NCBI GenBank assembly: GCA_051362555.1
Contig: CM120642.1
Span: 13,082,001 to 13,146,000, forward strand
From: Lingula anatina
Taxonomy: Eukaryota; Animalia; Brachiopoda
Length of the DNA: 64,000 nucleotides
Reading direction: 5' to 3'
A model generated the notes under the pieces. It made no database searches, was not told where the DNA came from, and saw nothing but the letters and a program-made list of their open reading frames with translations. Every line of letters starts with the position of its first letter. Position 1 is the first letter of the stretch. This document shows, one piece after another, positions 49,801 to 64,000 of the stretch. A program made the translations under genes and the position numbers.

Positions 49801-52800
49801 TGTCTTAAGAAACTGTCACATGGGACAACTCATCTTAGCAGAGATTAAAACCTGATGTTAAGCAATCTGGTCTAGTGTCATTAGTAGTAAGACTGTTCTA
49901 TCTTTCAGTAAGACCAGTTCTGAACACCTATGGGGGAATTTTTTGTGTGACCAGGTTGGTTAGGCTCAATCATATAAGCCCTGTGTGAATACAGCCAAAG
50001 ACTTTGACAAAGTTTGGAGTCCCTCCAGATGTTTTCCATAGTTATGCTTCATACTCTGAAGCAGCCAAGCAGTGTATCAGAATACTGTAGCTGTAACTTA
50101 AGATCTCTACAGCCAAGGTGTGAGGAAGTCTGCATTCATTAACCTGTTAATTATACATTCTATGTTACAACCACTGTCTCTTTGATGTAGCCTCTTTACA
50201 TCAGGAAATTGTTCACAGTACTATCTTCCTCCAGGTCATGTGAGCTGTGCTTTAAGGGAATTAGTAGTGTTACTAGTAGTAATATGTGCAGGAAAAGAAG
50301 ATAAAGAATTTTAGTAATTTAGAAGACCCCAAAAAAATAAGTTTGGTTCTGTAGTCTGTGTAACATTTCTTATTGCTTATTGATTTGTGTATACCTGTTT
50401 GTGTATACATTCATTGAACACATTTTAGCTCCTGGGTTTAGAAATATGTAAGTTTTCTTGCCCCCTCCCCCTCCCACCCCCCACTTTCAACACCCTCTCA
50501 AGTCTTCCCTGCAGTTGTGAGGGGTTTTAAGTTTTCTGTCCATAGCACTGCCGTAGGCACTAGGCGTAAGCTATGACTTGTTTACCTCTTCTGGCTCCTC
50601 GTTTTTCTTTTTATTAAATCAGGATGAAAAAGATTCCCTGTCTGGCACACTGAAATTCAACCCCTTTCTCTCACTAAATGTAGAAATCCCATTGCCAAAT
50701 CCTTGAACCATTACTGAGCACATGTCAGTTGAGGTTTTTTTCTTGTTTGCTAAAAATGCAATTTGAGGTTGATGAATTTGTAGAATTTCTTAGATTCCCT
50801 GTTAAATGGAGGTTTCATTCCAGGCAAACAGCAAGTCGGTTATCCTGTCTATTTACTAGTACACATGAAAGTAATTTCAAGACCTTTACTATTTTATTGA
50901 AAATGACCAATCAGGTTTCGTCCAGTCTGCTGCAATTTTGGCAGGTCCAGTGTGCCTCAGCATGTAGCCGCAGGGCTTGGTTTGCTTCGATGTTGTTTTA
51001 GCTTATTTAAAAGGACCATGACAACATGCACCATCTAGATATAGGTATACGCTAACCATCTCTAAAGGTAAATAAAGTTGAATTTGAAATAGTTGAAAAA
51101 ATTATTCTTTTAGAAATGAAAAAAAAATTGTTTGTGTACACTTGTGCTTTAAACAGTATTTGAAATCCAAAAATAAATTTTAAGTGGAAGTGAAAATGGT
51201 AATATTTTTATTTACTCATTAATTAATTAATTTATTTATTTTAGTTTTGGGAACATTCTATTGATGCCTAAAACCCAGTATGAGAGTTATGAATCTGTTA
51301 GTGAAGTGAGGTCAGTTCCCATCTGCCGTTTTGTCTTGTATTTTTTTTTTAGCCGAGGGCCACTGTAACTGTAGGGCAGAGATGAGAAAGAGAGATAAAA
51401 AACTTCAGAGCACATCTACCTGAATGTCACAATATCATCTCTGTAAAGGGATGCTACTCCACAGAGATATGCATCTGTGGAATCATTGTAAATGTGGAGC
51501 TGCCAGTTATGACTTTTCACTCATCATTTTAAATCAAATAGATGTGGAAGATTGGGTAGCCGCCATTCAATGCATGACAAGAGGGCTGACCCAATCTCTG
51601 CAATCTCCTGGCTAAAAGAGCAATAAATGCAAATGCCTCAAAGGAGATGAAGAGTCATTAATGCCATCGAGTGGGGCGCTAGATGGAAGAAATATGAACT
51701 TTATTAAAAAGCGATTCTCGACAACTTCAAATCTGTTTTGTTTTCTCCTGTTCTGTTACTGACCATCAAAAAGAAAGCCAGCAGTAACAGAATTTTCTTG
51801 TAAGTAATTGAGGCAGCTGCAAGTTTCTGTGTAAAACTCTAATTTTGTTAATTGTCTGACAACAAAAAATGTAAGCTGCTAAAATTTCCTAATTTGACTA
51901 GATAGAATTACGTAAGACATAGGCTCAAAGGATGCCAGAGCTAGAGAACCCTAATGAAAATCACATTTTACCGTTCATAGTTGTGATAATGAAAATGTTT
52001 TCCTCTTTAAAACAAACTGGAGGGAATTCTGGAGGGACTGTCCAAATGCTCGTAGAAGAACTCATTCAGAACATTTTACTCATCATTTACTTTTTGATCA
52101 ATCAAAACAGTTTAGAAAAGATGAGCCCAAAAAGTAATTGATTTAGCAAAATATCCTTTCACATCAGTGCATTTCTATGGAAAGATCCTTCACCAGATCA
52201 TGGCTAATAATAACAAGAAACATTAATATAGCATAATTGTCTTGAATATTTCATTAAAAGAAGACTTGATATATGAAAGGCCTTCCCCAGGGGAGTTGCA
52301 TGCTTCAGGCTGCCACAAATTAAGTTATCTTTGATTTGGGACTGTCTGGATTCTGAGAAAAATGTCCATGAGTTATTTGGTGACCCTTGGAAATAAAAGA
52401 AAAATGAGAAAAAGTTAATTCCTAAAAAAATTAATGAGAAAGATTTCAAGGAGATGTTTGGGTACACAGTTTGGGTACTTTGTAAAAAGGGACTGAAGTT
52501 GCTTTATTTAGACTTCAAAAATCTAAACTTGGAGATGGGCATTTTATTCTTCTTTGTTGCCAAATTTAAAAACAAACTAAGGAATCATTCAGACAAAAAA
52601 GATACAAGCCCCCTTGCAAGATTAAAAGCCATTTTTGTAATTACCTTTCAAAATCATCAGTTTGAAAACAGTATAATATTAATGTGAAATTGATGTATAA
52701 TTCAGTTTGCCTTATGGAAGAAGAGTTATTTTTTGATATCCCAGATAAACTCTTGACATGCTGAACCTACAACAGATGGACAATATCACAGCATGCCTCT

Positions 52801-53410
52801 CCTCAGCAACTCCAGCAGATTTGCCAGAGATGGAGCTAAACTGAAAGTGTTATCAGTTGCTTTTCAAGCAGTGTGTAGAGTCTGGTCCACATTTTTTTGT
52901 CTTTTCAATACATCTGTGACTACACTAACAAGCACACACACATACACACACACACACAGCAGAAAAGATGGAAAATTTGGATTTTTAAAAGTTAATCTGG
53001 AGCCCTATAGCTTAAGCATTAGGGTCCTATTCCACTGGAGACATGCACATACAGGGAAAAGTGAAAGATCCTATGATAGTAAAAAATGTACCCATTTGGA
53101 AAAATGATTGAAAAGAGTTGTAACAAATCTGATCAAGTGGCATGTATGTAGTGAAAGATTTTTGCCATTGATATCTGCCATACTTATCACAAACACTGCT
53201 CCTTGCAGACCATTGTTTATTATTCTCTGTGTGCTTCTGGTCAAGTGAGGTGATTCAAAGGTCTGTTCATGCGAGGTCAAACTTAAAACCAAAGTCAGCC
53301 AAGAACATGTTGTCAGGCAACCAGGATTTATATTTTCAGAGGTAAAGGTTGGGCTTTTTTGTCAATATCTGTCTCTTCATTTAAACTCTTTATTTTGCTT
53401 CAGCATTTTT

Positions 53411-53445
<35 letters not shown>

Positions 53446-56400
53446 TGTGTGTGAATTCTGATGTGGTTCTGATGACATGTTTTCTCCCCATGTATGTGTC
53501 AAGATAGGTATTGTCTGAACAGTCCTACTGTGGGGGAATCGGTTCATTGTGAGATGAAATCAAATCCTAAGTGCTCTGCAATTTTGTATTGATGATGAGA
53601 GTTTGAAAGAGGATGGTGCAGCATATTATATATTTACTTTTGGATACTGATATATTTACCATCTTCTGTGAGGCAAATGAATTAAATTTAAGACGTATCA
53701 GAGTTTTTTTCCAACACTATACTGTGCATCCTGAAAACATTTAAAAGCTGCCTTTTCCTTCCATATTGTGCATGCACTAATGTGATTTTTTAAAGCTAGA
53801 AAATTGCTGAATTATGATACATGCCAAAAATCTGCTGTTCACATTTATTGGAAATTTAAAAGATAAATAAAATGGTATAACTTGCCATTACATGCGGTAA
53901 AGTGGATATCAAATTTAAAATAAAACCAAACCAGGGGGAATTATTAGTAAACTTGATTAGAAGGTCCCTTTTGACTCGTTGAATGGTAACCACCCTTGGC
54001 CTTTGTTCTTCACAAGGGAAACCAGTAAGTGTTGGGATAAATCTCAGGCCAGCGCCTCTGCTTTAGAGGGATGCTTCTAATTAATTCCTTCAACCCACAC
54101 ATGGTTTGCATGGCTATAATTAAGTCATGGAATTTTCTGATCAAGTAAAAAAGGAAGTGTACAAATTGGCAGTGCTGGGCCAGTGGAGGGGGTTGTGCCA
54201 CACGGTGCACAGAGCGAATATGTCAGGTGAATTGGACTGCCATTTTACATGGAAGATCAAGTTGACCCTACTAACCCGTCTCTTGTAAAGTACCAGGACA
54301 CTGAAATCCTTGGTGTATTTATATTCCAACTGAAATTCGTGCCACATAGCGGCAACTTAAGACTTTTAAATGAAAGCCTCAGGCGTAAAATTGTTCCAAT
54401 TTTAGCCCAGTGTGAGTCGTCTCGCTGTTGTAAAGCGATGATTGCTTGTGAGTTGTGCATGTGTGGAAAGTTGTGCCACTTCAGCCTTGGTACAAATAAC
54501 ACACAGTCTGTGTGAAGAAACTTCCAAAAATTCTTAGAAACTAGACCAAAACTTTTTACATGTATTATTGAAAGCATTGCCTTTATTTCGCAATTTGAGA
54601 TTATATCAAGTTGGTTTTTGTTTATTAAAGGTGTCTTTTTTTCTCAAGTTGGTTAATTGCAAAAATAAATTTAGGCCTAAGAGGGCAGTTTTTTTTTTAT
54701 GATGATGCAAACACCGAACGGTATAGCTGGCCACATTAGCACTGTTCTCTTTTCATCCAGGGTTCTGTCACTATGTTTTATCTGGTACAGTCTGGTAGTT
54801 TTGGGAGATCTAATCTGGCGTAGCTTTCAGTAAAGGAAGCCATCCTGAAAGAATAGGATTGTGTGCCTCTCCAGTTAAGATTGGTTCATTTATGCGTGTA
54901 ATTGTTGAGTGCATTATATGACGTTGGCACAACCAGCGAGAGTTAAAAGATAACCCTCTTTTGAAATAAAGGGAAATGTTTGAGAAAAATTTCACTCAAG
55001 GGATGTTCTTTTTTTCTTTGTAATTTGTTTATGTCAGTTTGCCCTCTTATATGCAACAAAAATTGAAGAAAAAATGTAGTAGTTGGTAAATTTGGTGTGA
55101 ACGTTTATTAAATATATGCCTGTTCACACTGTACTTTTGTACAAATATTTTATTTTTGATGACATTAATTGTAAGAATATATAGTAGTCCTTAAGAATAA
55201 AGATGAAAGTGAAGTAAGTAAAAAAACTACTAGCTGTAAAAATGATTCATTCAATCACTTATAAAAATGAGTGCCATCAATATTTTCTAAGCAAAAATGT
55301 TTTTATCTGTGTTTAGATAAGACATTAATTAGCATGAGTCACTTCTGGTACAATGCTTGACTGGTCCTATGCACTAAAGTGATGTTTTTTGATTGAGACA
55401 TAAACTTCAAGTTAAACTATCTGTGAACAAGATAAGTTTGCACACACTTTCAGGCTTGTTTTGATATGCCTCGATGACTGTACAGTTTCCATGTTGTGCT
55501 GTCAGTTTTTACCTAAAGCGTTTGGCCATGCAGGGCTGCCAGCATTGTTACCAAATATGAGTAGATGGATTCTCTAATAAACAACAGTAACACTCAAATT
55601 AAAGGAAATTCTTTGTGAAAAAAAAAGTGTGATTTCTTGAATGCTGATGACGGATGATGTTACTCCATATTTAAAGGAAAGAAAGTGTCAGAAAGTCTGT
55701 GCATGGCTGCATCTTAAAGATTAAACAGCTTGTAAAATATTGAGGCAGACCTCGGGAATACCTCGTTTCTGGGTCAGGAACGACATGTTACAGCCACTTT
55801 TGCTCTTCCACACAGAAGTGGTTCTAGTCACACGTTACACTCCACATGTAATCTTCTCCTTTTCATTTACTAATCCAAATGTCGCAGTGAAGACACAAGG
55901 GAAGAGGAATTCAATCATCAGTTCTTTTTCATAGCTCAATCTGAACTTCACCAGATATCTGTGAACATTTAGCATAAAAATAAACCGGTGAAATTACATC
56001 AGTTGCTATCCAGGTGGGAAAACCGAAGACAACTGATGCATGGATTGATGTGGTTATTGGAAATTTTTATCCACGGAAGACGGTGGTAAGACAGTTAAAT
56101 CCAAGCCGTCTGTCTTGTGCTGGCTGCTTTTGAGAACGTTCTTACCCATCATGCCCCATTAATGTAGTGCTTGTGTACGTTCCACATAGCATGTAATGTA
56201 AGTTAGTCAGGTAAAGAGCCAGTTGATAAAAGAAGAATGAATCATTCAGTATTCATGTCTTTTTACTTAGGCATACACAAACTAGACCCAGTGTGCAACA
56301 TGCTTGCAAACCCTTGTCATCATGGAAGTTCCAGTGTTTTGCACCTGAAGGCAGAAGAGCTTTACCAGCTACAATACTAGTACACATACTTAATTGGTTT

Positions 56401-58123
56401 TTGATACTGTTAATTTGTGTGCTTTGGGTGTTCATCATAATATCTGATTGCTCACACCCATCATGGTAATTTCACACAAGAAAATTGAATAACAGATCCT
56501 AGTGTCCCCCCCCCTCCCAAAAAAAAAAAAATGCTGTTCCATGGAGTATGGAGGGGCTGTACCACTAGGCACAATAATAGGTTATGTTGTGTAGAGCTTT
56601 AGGAAGACAGTGCAGTTAAAGAACTTCATTCTTTCTCTCTCTCTCTCTTGGGTCTGAAGCCCTATTATCCTGTGTACGAAGTAGGGAGATAGATATGCTG
56701 ACCATATGTTAGCTTATTTTATTTCCAAAATATGCAAACATGTTGGTGTAACTGGGATTATATAGAGAGAGCCTAGACTCTTGTTAGCTGAAAAAAAGAA
56801 TTCTTAATGCTTGTGATAATTATTATGACAACTAAAATGAAATTTGTAAAAAAAAAAAAAAATTGAAAGACAAGTTAATTCCTTGTTTGATGAAAGATGG
56901 GATGTTTGTCTAAAAAAACTGTTATAGTTAATGGTATCCTATGGAGCTAGATCACTACAAACATGCACAGGGGAGTTGCAATCAAGTGCTTGCTTCCAGA
57001 AGTTAGAGCTGAAATATTTTCTTAAAACATGTAAGGTGAATTCTTTTTCCTCCGGTTCCCTGCTGTTTCCTCAAACATTGCATGTGGAGGTCCATAAAGC
57101 AGTGGGATTCAGGTATAACACAGGCCTATGGAGGAATGTAAAGTGTTTAATCATGCGTGTCATTTAGTTGTTTTTCATGACAATTCTTGATTAGCTCAAT
57201 TGAAGCATTGTAAATGATTGCCTGGGTTTTAAATGATGAACATTCATCCAATTAATGTATTGACAATGTGTTGTTTATTCCCCATAAAACTGTTTTATTC
57301 TGCCTTTTCTACAACTTGCCTATTCTGTATTTTATTAAATTGGGTAACACTCTGAAAGCATTATCATGTTCAAGTGACATGGCATACTTGATAACACAAT
57401 CACCATTGTGGCTAATTGTTCCTATATGTTATTAGCTGTATCTATATTGCCAGTATTGGTGGCTGGTATCACACTATTTTCCTCCGTTTATCTTTTCGAT
57501 AGTGCGATATTGACCAGTGAAAGTGTGATTGGGGTGGGTGGAAGGGAGTCAGGTGAGCCCACACCCTTCATATGACCAGTCAGTGGTGATGGTCTTACTG
57601 TAGACATTTCGATACATTCTGTCACTTTTTATGTGGCAGTTCAGGACGGATTGTCATTGTTCAGAGAACTCACAGCCTTGAAGACCGGACTTTGGGAGCT
57701 TTGCTGTGCATGACAGATAATTGGCAGAAACTGTGCATGGGGAGTTTATTTATCAATTTTAAAGGGAGTTTTTGATTATTGAATGCTTTCATCTACATTT
57801 TGCAGTGAGAAGCTGGACCTCTCGTTGGATGCTATGGTAAATAAGTTATGTAATATGTATGAGCCAAGTCATTATAGATTAGTGTTTTTCCCTCTGTAAC
57901 ATCTTTCCCATCTCCACATAAACCCATTTCATTTAATTTCTCAGTATCCCAAGCAAAAGCAGTAAATTAAACAGAATAGAAAAAGAAAAAAGGTTTATAT
58001 ATGTCATAATGTGTTTATAAATGGGGGATGTTTATGTGAAATGGTCGATACATGATTTGAAAGTACAATACAAAGAATATTTCTTCACAAGAAAATATTG
58101 TTTAATTTATGTATTCATTTTGC

Positions 58124-58125
<2 letters not shown>

Positions 58126-58167
<42 letters not shown>
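58126..58167. repeat. (TG)n microsatellite followed by poly-T and poly-A runs
   Basis: Directly visible. Confidence 0.9.
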
Positions 58168-58168
<1 letters not shown>

Positions 58169-59030
58169 TTTTTTTTTTTTTTTCGTTGTAAAAAAAAAAA
58201 AGAATAGCAAAACGATTATTCACATCATTTCGGATTTTTTTTCCTAGAAGAAACATAAGTTATTGATTAATTACTTGACAGAAAATATTATTTAGGATTT
58301 GTGACCAAAGGTTTAGTATCATCAAATGTCTTTATTGGTTATGTGATTTATGCAAATTTAGCAGTTCACTACTTGTTGCTTTTTAAAAGTATGCTATTTG
58401 ATTTAAAATGCTCCAAAATTATTTTTGCTGTATCTACATTTCTTCAAATGCACTTATTTTTATAAGTAATAATGAAATTAGTAGATATCCTGCAAAGGTA
58501 CTTATTTAATAATACATAAATTATAAATAATAAATTATTATAAAAGTAATAAATAATTAAAGTTCCTGATGTCAATATTTGCCTCTGAAACGTACAGGAA
58601 GATATGATGGTCTCACTATCTGTGGTTATGAAGAACTGAACTTATTTCATTACAAATTGTATAATATCAAATCCATTTTGAGTAATTAAAAGAAGAGCTT
58701 CTATCCTCCAGGAAAGTTGGCAAAAAATCACAGGTAGGATAACTCTGATTGTCTGAATAATAAGTTTTGTGCATTTTACAGCTTGATGGAACCCAATGTA
58801 AATGAGACATCAATTAAACAGACGGAAGAGTGTTCTGTACATCTGCTCTACCAGCACCCAGTCTTGTACTTGATTGTCAGGCTCACAGAAAAGAAACACT
58901 AGCCTTACCAGCACTCCACTGCCTCTCTTCATGCATAGAAAATAAGGTTTTCTAAAGAACCTCATGTTTATAAGTTGGTTATAAATTTTGGGATTGTGAA
59001 TGTCCTAGAGATAAGTTGAAAGAAATGCAT

Positions 59031-60471
59031 TTTTAGTACCACCAGCGTGTACGCTGGCGGTACTCATGGTTTTAGTCCCGACCCGTATCGTACGGCTCCG
59101 CCGGCTCCGTGAGCTCCGCCGGCTCCGCAGGGTGGCGTGGGATACAAGTCACCGTTACCGCTTCTCTTCCTAGACTGCATGGGCCTGTATCCCCATCTCT
59201 TGGATTTAGGTCACATATAATCTCAACTTGAACCCCCTGGTTTTTTTGTCTCGATTGGTGCAATTGCCTGGGCATGACGCTCGTTGAAATGCACCCTTGT
59301 CAAAATTTTTGAAAATTCAATGCTATATATCTCCCAAACTGAAGGAATTATGGGAAAAATTAATATAGAAGTCTGACCGAAAGTCACATATGAGGATTCC
59401 AAATATGCCCTTGGATTTGACCTTTGACCTTTATTTCAAGGTCAAACAGGCCAAAATTTTCAAAAAAAGGGAATTTTTTACGAAAAAAAAATTATTTGTG
59501 CTGATATTCAGAAACTACGCAGACCTAACCTCTAATATTTTTGGTAGTTGTTACCCTTCAGGTTATCTTTCATCTCTGTGAGTTTCAAGTCAATCGATGC
59601 ATTTTCACGGGAGCAGCGGCCATTAGATGCTGAAACATAAAACTCTCTCTAATTCTGGAGTCGTTAATGCTAGAGACCTCTTGTTTTTTGCATTTGATAG
59701 AGCATGTCAAGCCCAACACTGGAGGTGGTCTCCGTTTTTTTGTTTTCCATACGTGCACGAGTTATGCTGTATCAAAAAGTACATTCCTACTTTTCACCAT
59801 TAACTGAAGTTTAAAAATTTTTAGTCTCTTATATCTCCAAAACTAGAAGAGTTGGGTCAATAGTTACTATTGAAGTTGAATAGGAAGTCATATACTGGCA
59901 ATTTAACTGTGACCTTGAAATTGACCTTTGACCTACTTTTCACCATGGACTGAACTTTGCAACTTTTTTCAGTGCTTATACTTTCAAAACTGGCAAAAAT
60001 ATGCCCATAGTTAGTACCACCAGTGTGTAAGCTGGGGGTATTCGTGGTTTTAGTACCAACCCATATCGTACGGCTCTGCAGGGTGGCGTGGGATAAAAGG
60101 CACCATTACCAATTATCCTCCTAGATCGCAAAAAAGGGAATTTCTGCAAAAAGATATTTGTTTGTGCCAATGTTCAGAAACTAAGCAGACCTTAGCTCTC
60201 ATATTATACTGAGGGGTTACAATTGCAGACTGCTTTAATGTGTGGAAGTTCGGGGTCAATCGGTGCATTTTCATGGGAAAAGCAGCCATTAGATGCCAAA
60301 ACTGGAAAAAAAAAAAAAAAAAAAAACACCTTGTTTACTACATTTCCTGCAGCTTGTCACCCACAACCATACAGGTGGGGCCCCACTTTCTTTTTCTTTC
60401 CCATACAAATGCGCTTACCCCAGCTGGTGGTACAATATCAGGAGGCGGTATCGCCTCTCTGATCCTCTAGT
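59031..60471 (+). mobile_element. Non-autonomous Helentron-type element (HINE/DINE-1-like), composite with a duplicated 5' end
   Basis: Starts in a T-run with the hairpin AGTACCACCAGCGT-GT-ACGCTGGCGGTACT, then 9-bp GGCTCCGCC repeats and internal TTGACCTTTGACCT motifs. A second head starts at 60011. The 3' end has the complementary subTIR GCTGGTGGTAC (60423-60433), a hairpin ATCAGGAGGCG-GTAT-CGCCTCTCTGAT, then CTAG and a T-run. Confidence 0.8.
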
Positions 60472-61673
60472 TTTTTTCATTGCAGATACCTACTATTAAG
60501 CCTCATTGGTAAATTGATGTGGTAAAAAGTGGATGTTTTATATGAAAACTCAGATGGAGTTAGTAGAAAAAATTGAAATTCCTAACCTTGATTAGAACAG
60601 ATTACTAAAACCGTATCAGGGCAGTGTCAGATTGAGTATAAAACCAAGCTATGTTTAGTTTCCACTGTAAAAAGTCACCAACAGGGCCCTATACAGAAGC
60701 CAGTCCGCAATCCCCCAGTATAGCTTTCTGTGCTTTAATCCTTGAGTGAAGTCTGCCATTAATTTGCAGAGCTCAAACCAAATGAACCCAGACAGTGGTG
60801 TTTTCCCATCTGTGAGGGGTAAAGTGAGCCTCCTCCTCGTCTCCAGTCTGGGCATTTGAGATTGATGAATGGACAGGCAACTGGTGCACTGTGTACACAT
60901 ACTGGACACAGAACTCATAATAATTAACTCGGCAAAATCATTAACACATTTCTTTGAGTAATCTGAATGAGTTGTTTGCTGACCAGATTGTTTAATGCAG
61001 CAGACCTGTTTTTTTTTTTTTTTTTTTTTTTTTTTTGGTCACAGGACTCTGCTGAAACTGTTGATAATAGTTGTGTGAAGTTGTGCTTGTTTATGCTTCG
61101 AGGAAACTGTCAGATAGAACTTTTTCAATGAGTGCTGGAGGGATGGGGATTTTCCTCCGTTGGAGTGTTTCCTCCCTTTTATATGTGAAAAGAATTTTAA
61201 AAAAGTGATGGGCTTTGTATGAAATATTATTTTAAAAAAATTCAGTATGGGAAAGAGTTTTCAGTTGTTCTTTGCAAGCTCTGTTTTTATCCTTGGCTCT
61301 GGAACTTGTAAATTATTAGAAGCATGAGACCTGGTTGATAATTATGAGAAGCATGGGACCTGGTTGTGAAAGTGCAAATAACTGCATCCTTGTCAACATT
61401 CACCGAGATGTCTGTTGAAAGGAAATTAGGTTTCCTAGAGTGTTGCATCTTGTTAAGCATTCCATTTAATCTGTACATAGCTGTTTCTTGGTGATGGATG
61501 ATCTGTTTAACTGTTGCTCTTAACTCAAATACTCTTCATATCTCTTCAAAAAACTGCACTACTGTGTGCATTGGATACAGAGCAACTGTGGAGGCTGAGC
61601 TGAAATTTCTGTCTTTTTTTTTCCATTCAACCACCTTTCATCTGGCCCATCTCCCTGCGATACCAATGAACAT

Positions 61674-61676
<3 letters not shown>

Positions 61677-61713
<37 letters not shown>
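61677..61713. repeat. (CT)n microsatellite
   Basis: Directly visible. Confidence 0.9.
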
Positions 61714-61716
<3 letters not shown>

Positions 61717-64000
61717 CAATGTTTCCTTTAGTCCCTTCTTTCCACTATTCTATCACTTCTTGGATCCTTTTTCCTCTGGTATTTTCTTCTTCTAACCCCT
61801 CCCCCTTTCTTTTTTTCTCCAGATACATAAACGATGTATATCACCACTTAATTTATTTTTTGTCTAACTTGCTACCTGGTATTTCGCCATACCTGATGAG
61901 GTAAGGTCTGGACCTGCACTCGTTACCTCCTAATACATCACTGAAAGGTACCCACACAGTAGTTTCCACTCCATACATCACTCACAACTGGTACCAGTTG
62001 CCCACATAGTTTATGGCTCCACGGAGAACCCCTGAGTTCAACATCATCAAGTTTTATAGACTTGTCTGATATACTGGTAGTTTGCCTGGGCCGGGTGGGA
62101 TATTTGCAAAAGAACTTCAGCGAAAAGTTGTTTTTTTTTTTAACTGAAAAAAAATTGGTGTTTTGACACAGGATAAATGTGCAGTAGTCCTCTTGGTGAG
62201 GATATCCAGCCTGTTTTAATAAAATCAAGATAATGTTTTTTGACAGGCAGTTGCTTTAGTTTAGGTGACAACTAGACCCAAAAGTTTGACCAAATCAGTT
62301 TGCTTTAACCAAAGCGCGAAAAATATATCTACTGCATTTTATCAGCTATCAGTAGTTTGATTCAAACATATTTGATGTGAAGCTCTTAGTCCTTTCTTGA
62401 AAACAGAATTCTTTTATTCATTTATTCATCGGCTACATGGTATATAGTAGGATTCTACCAAGGCCCCACATAGCTGATGAAAAAAAAATGTTTTGCATTT
62501 GTGAAATTTAGATATTCAAAGATACTTTTCAGCTTTGATTTTCAGATGACGCCCAACTGCAAAGGAGGACCTCCCTATGAATTTCAGGTGCTGATAAGAA
62601 AAAAAAACAGATGCATTTGAATATGGAAAGTGCTTGACTGTGTTTCCCAGATGTTGTTCTGAATGAAAGTTATTGCCATAAATTACAGGAGGATAGATTC
62701 CAGCTTCAATATCTAAATGTTTTCTACGAAGCCAGGATCACCAATATACATTTTGTGTGCTTTTAGATTTATGAAAGAAGACAAGTTAGCCCTACATCTA
62801 CCTTTCAGGGTCAGGGGGTCCAAATAACCATGAAAAATAAAGGAGGAGACCAACATTTTTTGCTGAAGGCTTCATTTGCCTTGGTTGATTTATGAAGGAG
62901 TTTAAAGGCAGCTTAAATAAAAAAGTCATTCCACAGTATTCCCTTTTTATCCTCTCCATAAGACTTTACATATCATGGAGAAAATTAAGGAGTTGCCTCC
63001 AAATCCCAAAGTGGACTTCACCTAGAGTGGCGTAAGCCCAATAACTTGGTCCTTTGCACATTGATTGGCGTATTTTAATGACAAAGTTGTAAAAGTAAAC
63101 TTGTAGAAAAAAACAACTGAATAGTATGGCTATTTCTTAAGGGCAGAATATAAGGGGCCCGAGTAAGGTACCTCAACACTCCACTGGACATAGCCAGTTA
63201 ATGAACTTGCATACTGAGTCAAACTCCTGTACATAGTGTAGTTACACTTAGAATGGAAGATGGACCAACTTGGGTCAGCATATCTACAGATTACATGGAG
63301 TTCCCACTTCGCCCCAGATCCTTAAATCATTGGTTTAACTATCCAGTTGTCCGGGACCTCTTTCACAGAAAGGTCTTTTTCAAAGAGGGCATATAGTAGA
63401 GTAAAAAAATTGTTCTGGTATACTTTGAGAGGTCCACCTTTCATTCTAAGATGTTGCTTGTCTGAACTTTCTGGCAGTGTCATTCAATTTTTCTCCTCAG
63501 GACCAAATAAAGTTCTTTCCAGCGTATCAGTTTTGCGAACTCTAAGGCAAAAAAATGTCTCATCAATACGCAATTCCAGGAGTTGATAGAACCATTCAAG
63601 GAAATGATATTGATGGTTATTTCCTGGAGCCAAGATAATCGAGAGAAATCTCCAGGATTATAGAAATATTAAGAAATTGATTACCCAGGGGATTTGGAGT
63701 ATTCAATGAGTTTTTTCCAAGCAGGGATTTTTTATGCTTTTCTTTCTTGGTGTTTTTTAAAAGAGATTATAAATAGCTTCATTTTGCTATTAGCTCATAA
63801 AGGATTATTGGCCTGGGAAGATGTGTAAATATTTGTGCGTAATTTCTTTCGCTTAATTACTGGATGCTGTTATTTCCATGTATTTCCTGGCTCTATTTGA
63901 TGTGTGGAGTGGTATTTAATGAGAGTTTTGCTACGTTGAGAGTGGGAAGGCTGGTTGGTATCAAGTTTGTGGACATTCCCCACTTGACTACTCATGGGGG

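Noticed and set aside
54010-54577. Overlapping 66-106 aa ORFs in the mastermind intron
   Set aside because: No Mastermind-like Gln/Pro-rich composition, no consistent splice sites and no recognisable domain.
61885-61950. Hammerhead-ribozyme-like CTGATGA plus stem (also TGATGAGTC...GACG near 24000)
   Set aside because: The required GAAA after stem II and stems I/III are missing.

Overview
AT-rich, intron-containing animal genomic DNA, probably from a marine invertebrate (mollusc/lophotrochozoan-like is my inference). I walked GT-AG junctions and checked reading-frame phase by hand, and found eight protein-coding genes in strictly alternating orientation. In order: (-) an unknown gene running off the left edge; (+) a 12-13-exon uncharacterised secreted protein of about 575 aa; (-) SRD5A3-like polyprenol reductase; (+) a 262-aa ankyrin-repeat protein; (-) mitochondrial GatB/PET112; (+) an XK-related scramblase with an unusual acidic insertion of about 200 aa; (-) mitochondrial Hsp90 TRAP1 (18 exons); (+) exon 1 of the Notch co-activator Mastermind, followed by an intron longer than 17 kb. 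Non-coding DNA carries several MITEs, a composite Helentron-type (HINE) element and microsatellites. The most interesting candidates are the enzyme-like secreted protein, the XKR insertion with caspase-like and repeated D-x-AGFF motifs, and the very compact head-to-head promoters. I ran no database searches, and I found no prokaryotic-type system.
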